DNA of 64,000 nt, taken from contig NOWV01000015.1 in assembly GCA_003344405.1 (NCBI GenBank), positions 1-64,000 of the forward strand. The letters are read 5' to 3'. Shown here one piece after another: positions 13,301-27,400 of the stretch. The position numbers were made by a program, and so were the translations under genes. Source of the stretch: Trichoplax sp. H2 (Eukaryota). Numbering within the stretch: position 1 is the stretch's first letter; every line of letters starts with the position of its first letter. Under the pieces are notes generated by a model that made no database searches, was not told the origin of the DNA, and worked only from the letters and a program-made list of their open reading frames with translations.

Positions 13301-16300
13301 TAAAGAGAAAACTTTGGTAAGGTATCACCAGTTGTGATTATTACTGTACCTTTAGCGGGAGCTTTTTTCCTGCTATAAAAACTTTCATCTGTTTTATTTC
13401 CTAATTATTCAAGGAAAAGACAGATAGATAGTCGTAATGAATTGTGCATACAGATTGACAGACTTAAAACAAATTATTGAAAGATACATAGTACTCATTG
13501 ATTGATTCGTTATGAACAGAAATTGCGTTACAATTTCGAACATAATTGGGCATAATTATATACCACTGAATATCAGACGAGATAAATATGTAGTTTGATT
13601 CTTAAATTATTTGCACTCATTCATAATTCTAAGGTATAATTATTGCTGAAGTAGCAAGATACCATGAAGGAATTCTTGGCCAATGGAAGACTCATCAACA
13701 GAGTGATTGCCTAGTAATTAATTATATGAAATCATCAAGATGAAGTAAACTTAATCAATCTGTTATGATAATTAGCAGTCCCATGATCCAACATAAAGGA
13801 AGATTACTTAATGCATCGTATAGTAAAATCACCTTGAGAAAACTTAATTTCTTCGTCCAAAGAACTTTCTTGTAACTTGGCTTCGAACATCAAAAAATTA
13901 AACAAAAAGTGCATTTTAGACCAACAAAATTCATGACAGCATAAGGCATAGAATATTAGCCATGAAATTGATTACTACCGTACCTTTACTAGAAGCAATT
14001 TCTTGATGTGGTAAGCTGTTCTTTGATTTTCTTTCTGATATTCAAAGCGAGAAAGAAAATCAATCTGAATTCATGTTTTAGCTGAGAATACAAATCATCA
14101 AACGATGTAATACAGCCTAATATAAGTTACCGATGCCTTGAGGTGTATTCTTTTTCTTCTTTGCCTTACTTTTACGGCCTGATGCTAATTGCCCTATCTT
14201 ACTTGCAGTTGACCCAATCAATCCTGAGAAAGTGCTACTAGCGGCGACTATTTTTGATTCTACAGCAACGCCAAAAATTTAGTTAGCTGTTAAGTATCTA
14301 TTTTACTCTTATCGTTTCTTTGCGTAACAGAATACTGTTCTAATGCGATAACGTTTCTTTCTTATAGTTATCAGACTAGCATAATATAAATAATATGTTT
14401 AGAAGTTAATGTCTTATGATTGATTACTTACAGTCTGAAAATAAAATTAAAATTTATCAGACACTATAATGAAAGCCAAACAGTAACGAATACAGGTCAA
14501 CTGATATCAACCTAATATAAGCTAGTTACTGCTTTTTTAAGAGATTACATGTCTGTATTATGGTTAGTCTCCATCAGCAAGCAATGACTTTGCGTTAAAA
14601 AGTAGCATAGTAATATAGTTTGAAGCTAACATTATAATTATGGATATTGATCTTAATTGCACGGTTTGGTATCTTATGTTCAAGCTCACAATAAGTTAGC
14701 TCCTGTAATAAGATTAGATCTTCGAAGTACTTGCACTATTTTGCTTTCGATATATCAAATGGATAATTCAACGTAGTTTAAACTAGTATTTCAATGGTAA
14801 AGTCGAGGTGATTACCGCTTTAGCTGACATTTAAATAAATGGTTAGTGGAAAACTTTTCCAGATAGCACAAATAGAGCTGTTATGGAGCCAAGCTCCGAA
14901 ATAATAAAGGCCTTGTTAATTAAAACATCTCATATAAATCGTTGTTTGTTCCAGTATTCTAATAAACGTTAATGAATACTTATTTATTGATAAGGTTAAT
15001 GTCTAAGTAATTGAATACTAATACCTAAATGTAAGGTGTAATTTGTGCGGAGCCTTAAGGCTGTAATTAGCTTAAATAAATTTATTATTGTTAATTAGCG
15101 TTAACTTATACCGATTTATGTTAACTTCTTCTATTTAAATTCCTATACTATACAGTGTAAGTCGCTATGTCTAAGATACCAATACATGAACCATCGGCGG
15201 AGGCCGAGACTATATAGACTCGAGGACTAAATTAGCTGTTCAGTTCCATTTTAATCATTTTTAGATCCACTTGATCATTATTGCTAGGAATTTCTAACGT
15301 ACTTTTTAGTAAATTCTTTTATTAGGATTTATCTCAATAAAGTAAAGTCCTTAAACCTATTACCCGTTGGCTACTTATCTGTGTAGTCGAGAGTTAGTTC
15401 AACTACGATAAATCGCCTAAGTCAGTTGGAGACACGAGTAATCGTGACACTAGTGTAAGACCCGTTCGAAAAGGGAAATTCGTAACAAAACCCTATAACT
15501 TTTTATGAAGTGAATCACCTACGGAAATCCGGACTGATTGATAACGGGACTATTCCTTACATTGAGGTACATCTACAAGTTCTATCAACAGTTTCCTTCA
15601 TCTATTCACTTTAGAGTTACTCATTTAAATGACTCCTTTCTTTCAATATAGTGTAGGTAACGGCATAAATCACTGACGTGAAGTACGATATACCTACTAA
15701 AGGTAAAATGGCTTCATAATCATCTGAACTTACCTTCATTAGCAGGTTCATTTTGCTTTGCTTCTTGTCGTAACGTTGTACCTAGTTCTTTAATCGACTG
15801 CATTAAAGATCCTTCTAAGNNNNNNNNNNNNNNNNNNNNTGACAAAGCTAAGTACTTACTACCACTCATTCGTTTATTGATAATTACAACGGCTTTTATA
15901 TGTGCGCCGTCAACACTTACAGTGTAACGTTGTACAATACATAGTTTATGATATCCATATCTAGAATTAGGCATACTTGTAAATTGTAAATTAGTCACGA
16001 ATATTGATTCTATAATTATACAGCGTGAGTTAACTATCAATATGGACTGTAGATAATAACGCAGTTATCATCCATCCATCTTAAGCGTAGCATTACAAAA
16101 TACATATATAGAAATACTGTAAGACATATCAAACGGCATAAATCACTGACGTGAAGTACGATATACCTACTAAAGGTAAAATGGCTTCATAACCATCTGA
16201 ACTTACCTTCATTAGCAGGTTCATTTTGCTTTGCTTCTTGTCGTAACGTTGTACCTAATTCTTTAATCGACTGCATTAAAGATCCTTCTAAGACTTCACA

Positions 16301-16504
16301 AAATCCATAAAATTCTAAGTCGTTTTTTCTTCTTAAAATTGATATAAAAGATTTCGGTCCTTGATTTTTTATTTTTCTTAACTCCTGGTCTGATAGAATG
16401 CTTCGATTATGCAAAGTAATGAAAATGTCCAAAGAAGTAATGTTAACTAGGATGTCATGCTTATATTGACGGATAACATCGTTAATATGCCAACTAAGAC
16501 CCAT
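7319..16504 (-). CDS. Roco-family gene A: CARD - micro-exon linker - CARD - Roc GTPase - COR - death domain, ~20 coding exons, ~1290 aa if all exons are included
   Basis: Exons: 16504-16207 (CARD-like, MGLSWHINDVIRQYKHDIL...FYGFCEVL); 14259-14131; twelve micro-exons between 14034 and 11711; 11577-11373 + 11238-11129 (split CARD, ...YLRSKEILTPSQQSAIFAKPNDHE/SMKTLLETLPQHDDKVLNELCNAL); 11009-10938; 10659-8551 (Roc: GPQNVGKS, WDFAGH, LVGTHAD; COR-like: LLYLHDLGEIVY, VEWLLNVFRSII, LMESYDII, YFVPYL); 7905-7807; 7581-7319 (DD, IISKKVGPDWKNLARELDF...CGLRSVAETIL). All junctions are GT-AG and frame-compatible. Confidence 0.8.
11711..14034 (-). repeat. Array of duplicated 48-54-nt phase-1 micro-exons in gene A
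   Basis: Exons 14034-13984, 13880-13833, 13710-13663, 13400-13350, 13245-13198, 13076-13029, 12709-12656, 12563-12513, 12402-12355, 12221-12174, 11940-11893, 11761-11711. All have AG/GT borders, lengths divisible by 3 and no in-frame stops. Three exon types recur together with homologous flanking introns. Confidence 0.75.
15659..16292. other. Assembly gap (N 15820-15839) with an uncollapsed near-identical overlap: 15659-15819 vs 16132-16292
   Basis: The same ~160 bp, including the 3' end of the gene A CARD exon, lies on both sides of the N run and differs by about two substitutions. Confidence 0.8.
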
Positions 16505-19004
16505 CTTTGCAATTGAATTTTATTCACCTAGCAGCTATTGCTCCTAAGTCAAAGAAAATGGTAAAGATTGAAGAATGGCCTTTCTTTATTTCGTCTACAA
16601 GCGAAATAATATCAACTGGATCGAAGAAATTCAATTAAATTAATCGGCCTATTGAATTTTAAACATCAGAAGGATGCTTACAGATTAATTACCCATTATT
16701 TCAATTGCGAAAGTTACCTGCTGCAATATTCGGTAGAAGCTTCTTCTTACTAATTTCCACAACAATGATCACTTTGAATAGGCATAAAATGATTCCAGAT
16801 GATTAGAAAATCACTTAAAAGTGAAATAACGTTTAGATGATCTTTTAAACACCCAAAATAAACTGTAAACTGCTCATCTAAATGTAATCCAGACTCTTAT
16901 GTAATAGGCCTCAACAGGACGTAGTCGATTGTAATATATTGTTATAGCAATTTCCCTCTAGATAGCTGATGTTGATAATCAAAACTAAAACTGGCTTGTG
17001 ATCTACTTAATGATCTCATTAGAAGGATATTTATTATTAACAAAATGCTTCTTCTTTTAGTTGCCAAAATTGTTTGATGCCATATACCGTAGAAGCTCGT
17101 CTTTACTAATCGTTGCGGCAATGATACCTTCCCAGGGCAAAAAATGACTATTGATGATAGGAAAATGACTTAGAAATAAAATAAATGATATTTAAAAGGG
17201 CTTCGAAGAACTGTAAATCACTTATAAAAGTGCTATCCGAACACTTATCGAATAGAATACAACATGCCGTAATTGAAACTTATATTGCTTTGTAGAAATC
17301 TTCCTGCGTGTAGACAGTTCGTATCGATGATCAAAAGTATATTAGACTTGTGATCTACTTGGCGCTCTTCAGTGGTATAGTCACAGTTGCAAGCGAATAG
17401 CAACTCTATCAAATAGGATTTCCTGCTTATTGATGGCCTGAAATGGACACATGAACGATCATTATGGCTTTACTATCATAAACTGGAGGCAATCTCTATA
17501 GATTTGTATAGCCGGATGAACTGATCATTTATATAAACAAACTAATTTTTATCTGTTCGAGGAGCTAATCATATTGTTATGATTTCTTCGCCATCACGTG
17601 ATCAGTTTTGCATGATAAAGGAGCTGATCGAACGAGGTAAATTAATTTGCACATTTGCAATGATCGACTGCCATCAATTTATTTATAAATCGATCGATTG
17701 GCGCTTTTAAAAGGATCATGATGCTCCATCTGGTCTCCGCATCTTACTAATTAATTATTGAATGAATGAATCGAATTCAGCTGTATCGCAGTTTCAGGCT
17801 TGCATAGGCCTTGCCAAGAACGAAAAAGATTTACAAATTACTTTATTTGGGTATCATTTTGAAAATTTTAGCGATTGTAGATTGCAAATTGTAATTATTT
17901 TATTAGCAGTTTTAGTGGCTTGTGTAAAGCTAAAGAAAGGTAAACAGCTACATCCACGTGATGCTAATAGAAATACTGTCTATGCATGAAAATTTTGTAC
18001 AGGCAGTTGACGTAGGTTTAACTCTCAATAAAAGACTTTTTAAGTAAAGGATCACTACTTTCTAATAGTGGAATGAAATGAGCTAGCTATACATACTAAG
18101 AGAGATAGGAGAGACAGCAAAGGTGAGAATGAAACGATGGTGCAAAATGCAACACTTAAATTAGATATAGAGCTCAAACGTTTTAGTTTTAAATAATTGT
18201 AAAATAGAAATTGGATAGCTTAGGAAGAGCAAAATCCAGTTTTAGGAGCTTGAACAGCTTGTGAATGGAAAAGAAATAGAAAAAATTTATTGCAGCAGCA
18301 GTCAAGATATCTAAATCTTTGCTCATATCAAACCACTTACTTCCTATATCCTCATAATAAAGCTGATAGTAAACTATCTATATATCGGATTTTTGATCAG
18401 AGAGCTGATAGAGCATTAATTTTCACTGAAGAATTATTGATATAGAAGATAATTACTTTCCATAAGCGAAATAAAATCAGTTAGATATAAATACGACTAG
18501 ATGGAATGAGAGAGCGAAGATGGGAATGGAACGTATAACTTAGAATGTCACAATTTAAATTGGATACAGTTTTCAAACGCTGAAATTGATTGTAAATAAC
18601 TATACTGCATACGCAGTAGCACTCTTTTTCCGGCTTCAAATAATTAATCTGAATTTTTTAATCTCTTTGTAGTCTTGCAATATCGTAAGTTGTAATGTCG
18701 TCATCTAATATTATATTTACCGGCGAGGACCGATACTTAATATAGTCTGTATTGTTATATATTATAAGAATAATCTGTAACAAGATTTATTTATATTTTA
18801 AAAACAATTGCGTAACAACAATATATTAGATACTAAATAGAATTTACCATTATAATCAAGCAAATTAATCATACTTTGAAAGCTAGAATATTTATCACGA
18901 TACGAAAACTAAGCTAGAATAATTACAATGTAAAAACTTGCAGGAAAATTCTAAAAATTTACCTTCATTACATGAATGAATCGTATATTTTAGTATTCAT
19001 GCAA

Positions 19005-19400
19005 CTAAATTGAGGATAAAAGATGATATTTCGTAGCATCATGTATAGCGCACTCGTATATCTTGAAAGTTGAAAATGTTAAACCTGGATATTGTAGACG
19101 ATTGTCCGAAAACGCAATACTGTACTCGTAAATCCTATTCCACTCTTTTCTTTGTATAGGGTGATCTTTTTTCAATTTTTCAACTATATTTGGTTCTCTG
19201 CACTCGCATAAAACTTCTAATATTGTATCAAGCTTTGCTTTTGAGCCGAATTCAGAATACCATGCATCCAACAGATCATTACACTGGCGAAATCTGCCAT
19301 GGTTTGAATCAACTATTTCGTCAATGTTATTCGAAGACAAATGTAACTTTTTACCAAATTCGGTAAACTTTGCTTAATTTATATTATCCGCAATATATCT
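19005..19400 (-). pseudogene. Relic duplicate of the gene B terminal death-domain exon
   Basis: Reads YIADNIN*AKFTEFGKKLHLSSNNIDEIVDSNHGRFRQCNDLLDAWYSEFGSKAKLDTILEVL, homologous to 21685-21414. It has an in-frame TAA and no phase-1-compatible acceptor. Its downstream sequence (~19050-19145) matches the gene B 3' region (~21305-21405). Confidence 0.7.
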
Positions 19401-21413
19401 ATATATATATATGTAGCACATATATATTTAATGTATCGAATGTGGAATAATAATTGTATGGTTATGGTACACTCGTACGGTTATTGTACGGATATACTTA
19501 CATTAAAATGAATGTATTACAATACTCAAACACGAATTCGGCGTTATATGGGATTACAATTACTACTCTATTTTCCTACTTGTATACGCTAAAACTACAC
19601 CAACTTTATCAATTTTTATATGATTGCAGAATTAGATATCAATGATACTACTCATCCTACAAATATTACATATTGTAAGTATCGTTATTTTCGTATATTA
19701 AATATAGAATGCGATAATTAAATAGACCATTGCACGTACTGTATAATTTTTATTATTATTTACTGTATAATTACAATAATACTTGTACGATAATTATATT
19801 ATTGAACATTTTAAAGAATAAATTATCTGGTTATAATTTTAGTATGTCTTTAGAGAAATTAGTTTGATTAATGTGAATAATGGCAGTATTACGTTTAACT
19901 TACTGTAATTAAGTTTAATAAATCTATGAATAAAATGATAAAGCATAGACTACAATGAAATCCGTTAGGCTAAACAGCATTGATAAGCTCCTTTATGATA
20001 TTTATAATAACTTATTAAACACTGCAGAATATGTAAGATGTAGTCCATATGTAAATTAGTATACATTTTATAAAATTTTAATTTAAACGACGAAATAGGT
20101 GATCTTCATCCTCCTCAATAACTTTCGTTTCCTAATACAGTGGGACTGGAATATTTGATAATATTGATAACGATAATAATAGGAATATAATATAATATTT
20201 TATAGGATTTAGCTATCTATAAGTTTGATCATAAAGTTGACTCTCAGTTCCACTGAGACTAGCGAAGAGTATACTGGTACTAATTTACAATAGCTAATAA
20301 TATTAACAAAGCTCAATTAACTAAAGCATATTGTTTGACTGAATGCTCTAGTATTGGCTCGTAGGCTAATTTCCTTATAGAGTATACCCCGATATTAATC
20401 TAAGATTACATAGAGTAGATACACTAGTTTAAGTTCGATCACGAAAGCTGTTTTGTGATAGTCGCAAATAAAGATTAACGTACGAAGTAATACGAAAATT
20501 TTAACATTAAAGGAAATAAGCTATTTCTTGACATTGCAATCAGTCGTATAAATTACTAGCACTATTTAAAGTCTTTGCTTTATTAATAGACGTTTAACTA
20601 TAGTGTAAGTAGTAGAATTAGCACGTTAAAAGGATAAACCTTAAATGCTAAATATATCAGATACAAAAGTAATAAAAGTCGTCAATTTTCTTCAGCAAAG
20701 AAGTAAAATAATAGCTACTTCAATAACATTAGTAGTTACCAACTAAATTGTGTTATCTATTACATAAATTATATTCTGAGTCAAAGAAACTGTTGAAGAA
20801 CCTCGGTTTTGTACGTTTATGTTGCCTTCACTGCTGCATGATCATTATAAATAACTTTAATCATCAGCTCGAAATTTATGCATCGTATATTTTAGTCTTT
20901 ATACAATTAAATAGCGGATTCAAGGTAATACTTTGTATCATCAATTGTATCATACTTGTTGTTACACTTTCTAGTTTATCGTAACAATAATTTAATTGTC
21001 CAGTAGGGCTTGAGTACTGAACAATCACGAGTCCAATAGAGCTTAAGTACCGAACTAACTTTATTATGCGTTAGGAGCCGTTATATATAAGAGATAATTA
21101 CCAGTAATGTGCAATAACGGACATACCATGAATGTTAACGACAATCTTATCTTATTCATAATAAGATAACAACTTATTTTTCCTAGATATGCTATCTAGG
21201 ACTTAATCGTCATCATTACAGAACAACTGCAGAAATATACTGAATAAACAGGCTTATTCAAAATGATAGATCTTATCGATACTATGTCTACAACAACTGT
21301 ATTATTTCGTAACACTTGTATATCTTGAAAATTGAAAATAGTGGGCCTGGATATTGTGGATGATTACTCTAAGAGGTAGTAAAATACCCATAGATCCTGT
21401 TTCACTCTTATAT

Positions 21414-24400
21414 TTATTCTAAATAATCCTTTTTCAATTGGTCCGCAATTTTTGTCTCTTTGCATCCACGCAAAATTCTAAATATTGTATCAAACTCTGC
21501 TGCTGAGCCGAATTCAGAATACCATGCCTCCAACAAACGAAAGCACTTGCTAAATCTGCTAGCATTCGAATCGACTATATCGCTAATGTCATTCGAAGAT
21601 AAATATAACCTACGACCAAATTCTTCTAACTTAGCTGATTTTATGTTATTGGCGATGGATACGAAGATATCATGCCTTTTAGAATCTAAAGGACATCAAA
21701 ATATTAAAGCAATCAATAAATTGGGTGGAATTGCTAATTCATTGTCATTGCCTAATTTCCAATTATAGCACATCTATATCTATATATTATTGGGAATACT
21801 GAAAATCATAGACAATGAATTATTTTATTTTAGGTAGTCTTAACTTAGTATTGAACAAATGAGTAGATTTTACATTGAAACTGGTTTTAGTATGATAATG
21901 ACAATTCATTCCTGTTGCGAAACTATGGCAATGGATTAATAGTTTTTAAAACAATGAAATGACTGCGCTACAAAAGTTATACCGTACTTAGTGAGAAAGT
22001 ATCATCAAGCTGTTACATGTTCTTAAAAGCTATTTGAGACAGCTAGATGACCATTACTGACTTACCATCTTGTATTGGATCCATAGCGTTTTGAGTTGCT
22101 GTTCCTCCTTGTTCAATATTTGCAGATTCTTGTGCAACGGGTTTAATATCCACAGATTTGCGTTAATAGAAGCAAGTAACATATAAATAAACATGAAGTT
22201 ATTAAATTTTTTCACATTAAAACTACCGGCTCATTCAAGTTGCTTGATATGAAATTACTGCAGGTTTTGCAACATAATTCTATCCATATATTTTTAACGA
22301 ACTCTATACTTACTTCTATGAAATTAAAAAAGCGACAAAAAAAACAATCAGGATCAATTTGAAAGATTCTATTAACTTATATAATTTAGAGCTCATTCTT
22401 CCTTTTATTACACTACTTTAAAAGCCTAAATGAGATCTACGTTAAACTATTTATCACTATTCAAACATTTACGATTTTATTGGAATATGAGTGAGGCTCC
22501 AATTTCAGACATCAAAACATTATTTTACGGCAAAAGAAATGAGAAGGATAATAAAATTGTAGCATTTATTCGCTAATAGTTCAAATATTCACTGCTAATA
22601 AATTGATTAACATTTAATCTAGTTAAATCGATAAAACGACTAAAAATCCATTTATTTTTACGTACGTAGTTTATGGATGTCTACCGCTGATTGAGACTAA
22701 AACTGATGTAATGTTGATTATTATTCGTTAAATAGACGGTGTCAACTCCAAAACTCATAGATAGATTTCAAGTTTTTTGCTAGTGACTTAGCTGACTAAA
22801 GCTAAATTAAATAGAAATATCGGTAGTATCCCAGGTAATATTAAAATGTCCAGCCAAAATCAAGTTATAACCTTTAGGTCAATTTTACTTGCATTTACTG
22901 TTATCAGACTTAGCCACGAATATCTAGCAGAATTGGGATAACTTAAAAATTAACCTTATTGGCCGGAATGGTAATGAAAGAAGGAATTGAGATATTAATA
23001 GATTCTTAATGAATCAACTCTCAGCTACTCGTCTAGTCAAGAGAAGTAACTTATAATTCATTTTGCTAATATGATATTTTTTAAATTTAGTCTGCAATTA
23101 AACATAAAATTTTTATCTTATTTGGCTATACCTAATGATATTGTCCACCCATGGGCAGATTCACATTCATAAATTCCATTGCAATCGCAATAGAGCAGCT
23201 TTAAATTATCTTGAACCGGATTCTTTATTTGTAAAAATCTATCGCAAGGAGATAGAGGACATTTTATAAAATATAAGCAATCTGAATTTTGGCATCTTGG
23301 CATCCTTTCCTTAATCAATGATTCCAGTTTATTTCTAATAAATATATACGGTGGCTTTTCATATATCAGTTTTTTTACTTTATCCTTTATCTGTCCCTGT
23401 AGCCTAGGGTTATTAGGTATTATTCGATAGCGATATTGAATACCAATATAGGAACTCTCTTTTTTAACTATAATGTCACAAAAATCATTTTTCAGGCGAT
23501 ATTTTGCACACTTGGAACGCGGTTCGATACTTGACCCTTTCCATTCTTTATAGCAAGATACAAGTAAGCAAAAGAATATACCATCTGGAATATAATGTAG
23601 TTTTGATGACTTAAACCCAACATATAACCATCCCGACGTCATAAATCCTTTGTGATCAAATTCTTGATTATTTGAACGAAATAAATAGGGTACAAAATAC
23701 TGATCTGGGTGATTATCATCTTTATTACTGATCTTGCAAATCATGTCATAAGATTCCATTAAATCTAATAAAAACTTTTTTTCCTTTTTTTTTACTTCTA
23801 GCTGATCGAATTTGCCATAAATATAGTGTTGCGACATAATTCCTTTATTTCGAATTGCTTCATATTCCAAATCCATAGCTAATCCATTACTGTCAGGCTC
23901 ATCTAGCTGAATAATTGTACGAAATATATTTAATAGCCATTCAACTTGAGTAATGACTTTTCCTTTGACAGGTTCTTTCTGACAATAAACAATTTCTCCT
24001 AGATCATGTAGATAGAGTAACATTTGGTGAATATCATCTTTTCCTTCACATAATTTATACTTTTTCGCTAGAAGCTCGACTTCTTCAGCCGTCATAATTC
24101 TACTAACACGTTGATTTAAATTTGTAGAAAATTTTACCGCTTGTTCATTAAATCGATCAAGAGATGTGTGCAATATAGCTGCCATTATATACCATTTGAA
24201 TGGAATTTTAGAAAAGTGATCAATAGAAGGTTGATTATGGACGAAATCTTTCAGGATATTATGCAATTGACCACAATTTTTTTGACGTTGCAATAGCGTT
24301 TTTTTACTGTTATCTTTATCATTGCAGTTAAATATTATTTTTGATCTGTATATATGTCTAGAATAAGAAGGAAGCTTTTCATTAATACATTGACAAAATT

Positions 24401-27400
24401 CCTTAAATCTTCGTTGGCAGGCCTTTTCATCTCCTATTTTATCAGCGTGAGTTCCGATTAAAATAACTATAGGCCATGCGATATTTTCTGGAGCGCCAAT
24501 AATTTTGTTCTCAGTTCGAACCTTACTTTTACTACTACCAATAATCGAGACGAGCCATTCTTGTATAGCCTCTAAGTATGTCATTTTGGTATCATTGCCA
24601 CTTCGATCAACGACGTTTTTATCTATATCTTGGGACATATCAAGGACTAGAATGTAGATACAATTGCAAGATATAAATGGTTGATGAGTTATATGATAGA
24701 TAGATTGACCAGCAAAATCCCATAGTTTACCATAATGATATTCATCTATCATGATATCTTTATTTAATTTGTAGCCCTCTCGAAAGTATTTCTCGAGAAA
24801 ATCGAGAGGAATTGTTTCTTCATCTATCGGTACAGGCTGAGATGCGATATGATCAGCGTTACTTGCAGAGCTATGACTGTACACGTATGGTGGAAATTGC
24901 GATGCTAGTGTTGTTCGTGGGTTATCGCTGAAGGAAAAATCTGTAAATGGTCTCTCTTCTCGCATTTTACGTTTAACAGTTTCTATAGCTGCAACTACTT
25001 TTCTAGCTAGAACATCTATAAATTCATCGACCGTTTTATTATCTACGTTATATGTTAGCAATTTGACAAGTTTTTTCGCTACTACTGCAGCTGTTGTTGG
25101 TCCAATTTTATGAATCAAACCTTGTTGAGTGAAAGCTTGGATAAAACACGATTTTCCGACGTTTTGAGGACCGGTTATCATGAATCTAATGAAGTCATTG
25201 CGACAAAATCCTTCTCTTCTAGCTTTTGCATACGCTTCCTTATATTCTTTCTCTTGAGTAAACATAAAATTGAACGTTAAATAATAATTATTAATTCTTA
25301 TTTCTAATGTATCGCGGAAATGCGTTAACGGATATTTTATTTGAAAATTATAATTATAAACTGCATGACTTGATAATATGGCTACAGTAATATTGCATTT
25401 CACAATATTTCATATGAAAACATACTACTATTATCATATTTTTGCAGCTAATCTTAAGCCAGAGATTATCATTACCACCTTAATAAAATACAGTTATTGC
25501 GAGAAATAAATCGTCACCTTTCAGTGCGGACGGCACATCTTGATAGCTGTTTTGGAGTCCAACCTTTTCTTTTTTATCTACTGCTAGTATAGAAAATCAA
25601 TGATTAGAATAATTGTTAACGTACATATTAGAAATATTCTATTATAATGGGAGCAATAGCGAATTGCTATTTGATATTCTTGTGTAGATGGTGGCTTGTT
25701 ACCCATTTAGTAAGTATTTAATTAATTTTTCGTAGAGATTCTCATAATAACCAACTCTTTTTATCCAAAAAATTGTAGAACTTAAAGAGTAAAATCTCTA
25801 GTACGTCGCAACTTTACTATTTAAAACCCATCTAGATTTTTACATTGCTTAATTGCAGTGCTGATAAAACTACTATCGTAATTTGCAGTTAAAAATGTAA
25901 AGTAATAATGTATCTAACATTTCATGTAACAGAGTTCGCAAAAATGTAGTATTCGTATGATTATGTTTATTCAAGTTTATAAATACTTGTATTCCTCAGA
26001 AATAAAGGGCTCTCACGCCATCAGCCGATTGTTAACAGGAAAATCATTCTCGAATTTCAGTGAAAGCGCAATTTAATCGCCATTTGAAAAGTAAGCACAT
26101 TATTTCACATTTACTTTGCGCTGTGCTGTTAATGTTTTGTAGCATTTATTCTCGTATTTGATAGTACAGTTTACGTGTTTTTAAGTTGACGGAAATCATA
26201 GACTGTAATACACTTGCTTAAAACTACTCGTATCCTACAGTATAAAGGATTTAAATATCTAATAGTTATTAAAAATGCATACAATTAAGATTGAATGGAG
26301 TCAATAATCTGAACTCTAGGTACATCTTCCTAGGAGTATAATATAACCTGATAGACTATCGCGATCGTCCAGAGGGTAATTACTTTTTCCATTTGAAGAA
26401 CTTTCACCTATGGATAACTCAGCTTTAAATAGAGAAAATTGCAAAATTAATGTAGGAGCTACTAAATTACTCTTGATCAAAATTCGACAAACTTAATAAC
26501 GTAACTCGACGTGCTTAATAAAGTGAAATTATTTTTTCGAATATGAAATACCTCCTATAGACTTTGGCATTTTCTTATTGTCGTCTTTAATTTGATTGTC
26601 CAGTTCACGTAGTCTCCTTTTCTCTACATTAGTAAGGTATAAAACTAATGTTATATTGAGGTTGTATTGCTTATCAATTCTTATAACACCTCACAGCTAT
26701 CAAAGAATGGCAGTTCTTAAGAGAATTCACTGATACAGTAAATGAGTAAATCGGTCACTTTTAACGAATTCATGATAATAATATTTGTACTGTACATATG
26801 TTGCAAATTCGTATGTAGTGTGCTATGATTATAATCTACGTTAGAGAACGTGTTAAAGGTAAAATAATTTTTCATAGAAGAACCTTGATTGCTATTTATT
26901 CCTTCGACAATATCATATCTATCAATGCGTAGCAAAGCGTCTTCCAGATTGCTAAGAATATCACATGGATCATGTCTCTTTCCCCAGATGTTAAGTAATT
27001 CTAGCGCTTGATCAAATACATGTTGGTGCTGTGACTTGATGACTTCGACGTTAATAAAAGGATCTAAGATTGCTGCCAATTTTGTCCAATCCATTCCAAT
27101 CCTGTTTGCAATGTCGTAAAAATACAGCGTAGGATCTATATAGTGTATCCAACAGATTAATTTTAAACAAGAAGTAGCCGAAGAATGCTAACAGTTTAAA
27201 GTCAGAAGCCGTTATTAAAATGGAGTAATCATTTCCTTGAGCTACATTCGTAGTAGCAATGAATTAAAGAATACACTTAACAGTACTCTAACCCTAAAAT
27301 CTATTTTGAATTACAATTAATTACATGCTTAATGAGGTAAAATTGTTTTCTTAAAATATGAAATACCTTCTGTAGACTTTGATGTCTTATTATTGCCTTC

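Noticed and set aside
15030-15490. Possible second LTR-like insertion in gene A intron 1 (TGTAAG...ATCGTGACA, internal AATAAA)
   Set aside because: The flanks (CTAAA vs CTAGT) are not a clean target-site duplication and no empty allele is visible, so it cannot be supported.
15720-16040. ORF suggesting a second copy of the gene A CARD exon
   Set aside because: It spans the N gap. The shared part is a near-identical overlap flanking the gap, most simply an uncollapsed allele.
25253-25403. ORF-track N-terminal extension of gene B Roc-COR (similarly 32274-32331 for gene C)
   Set aside because: AT-rich intron sequence upstream of the splice acceptor conserved in all three paralogues.
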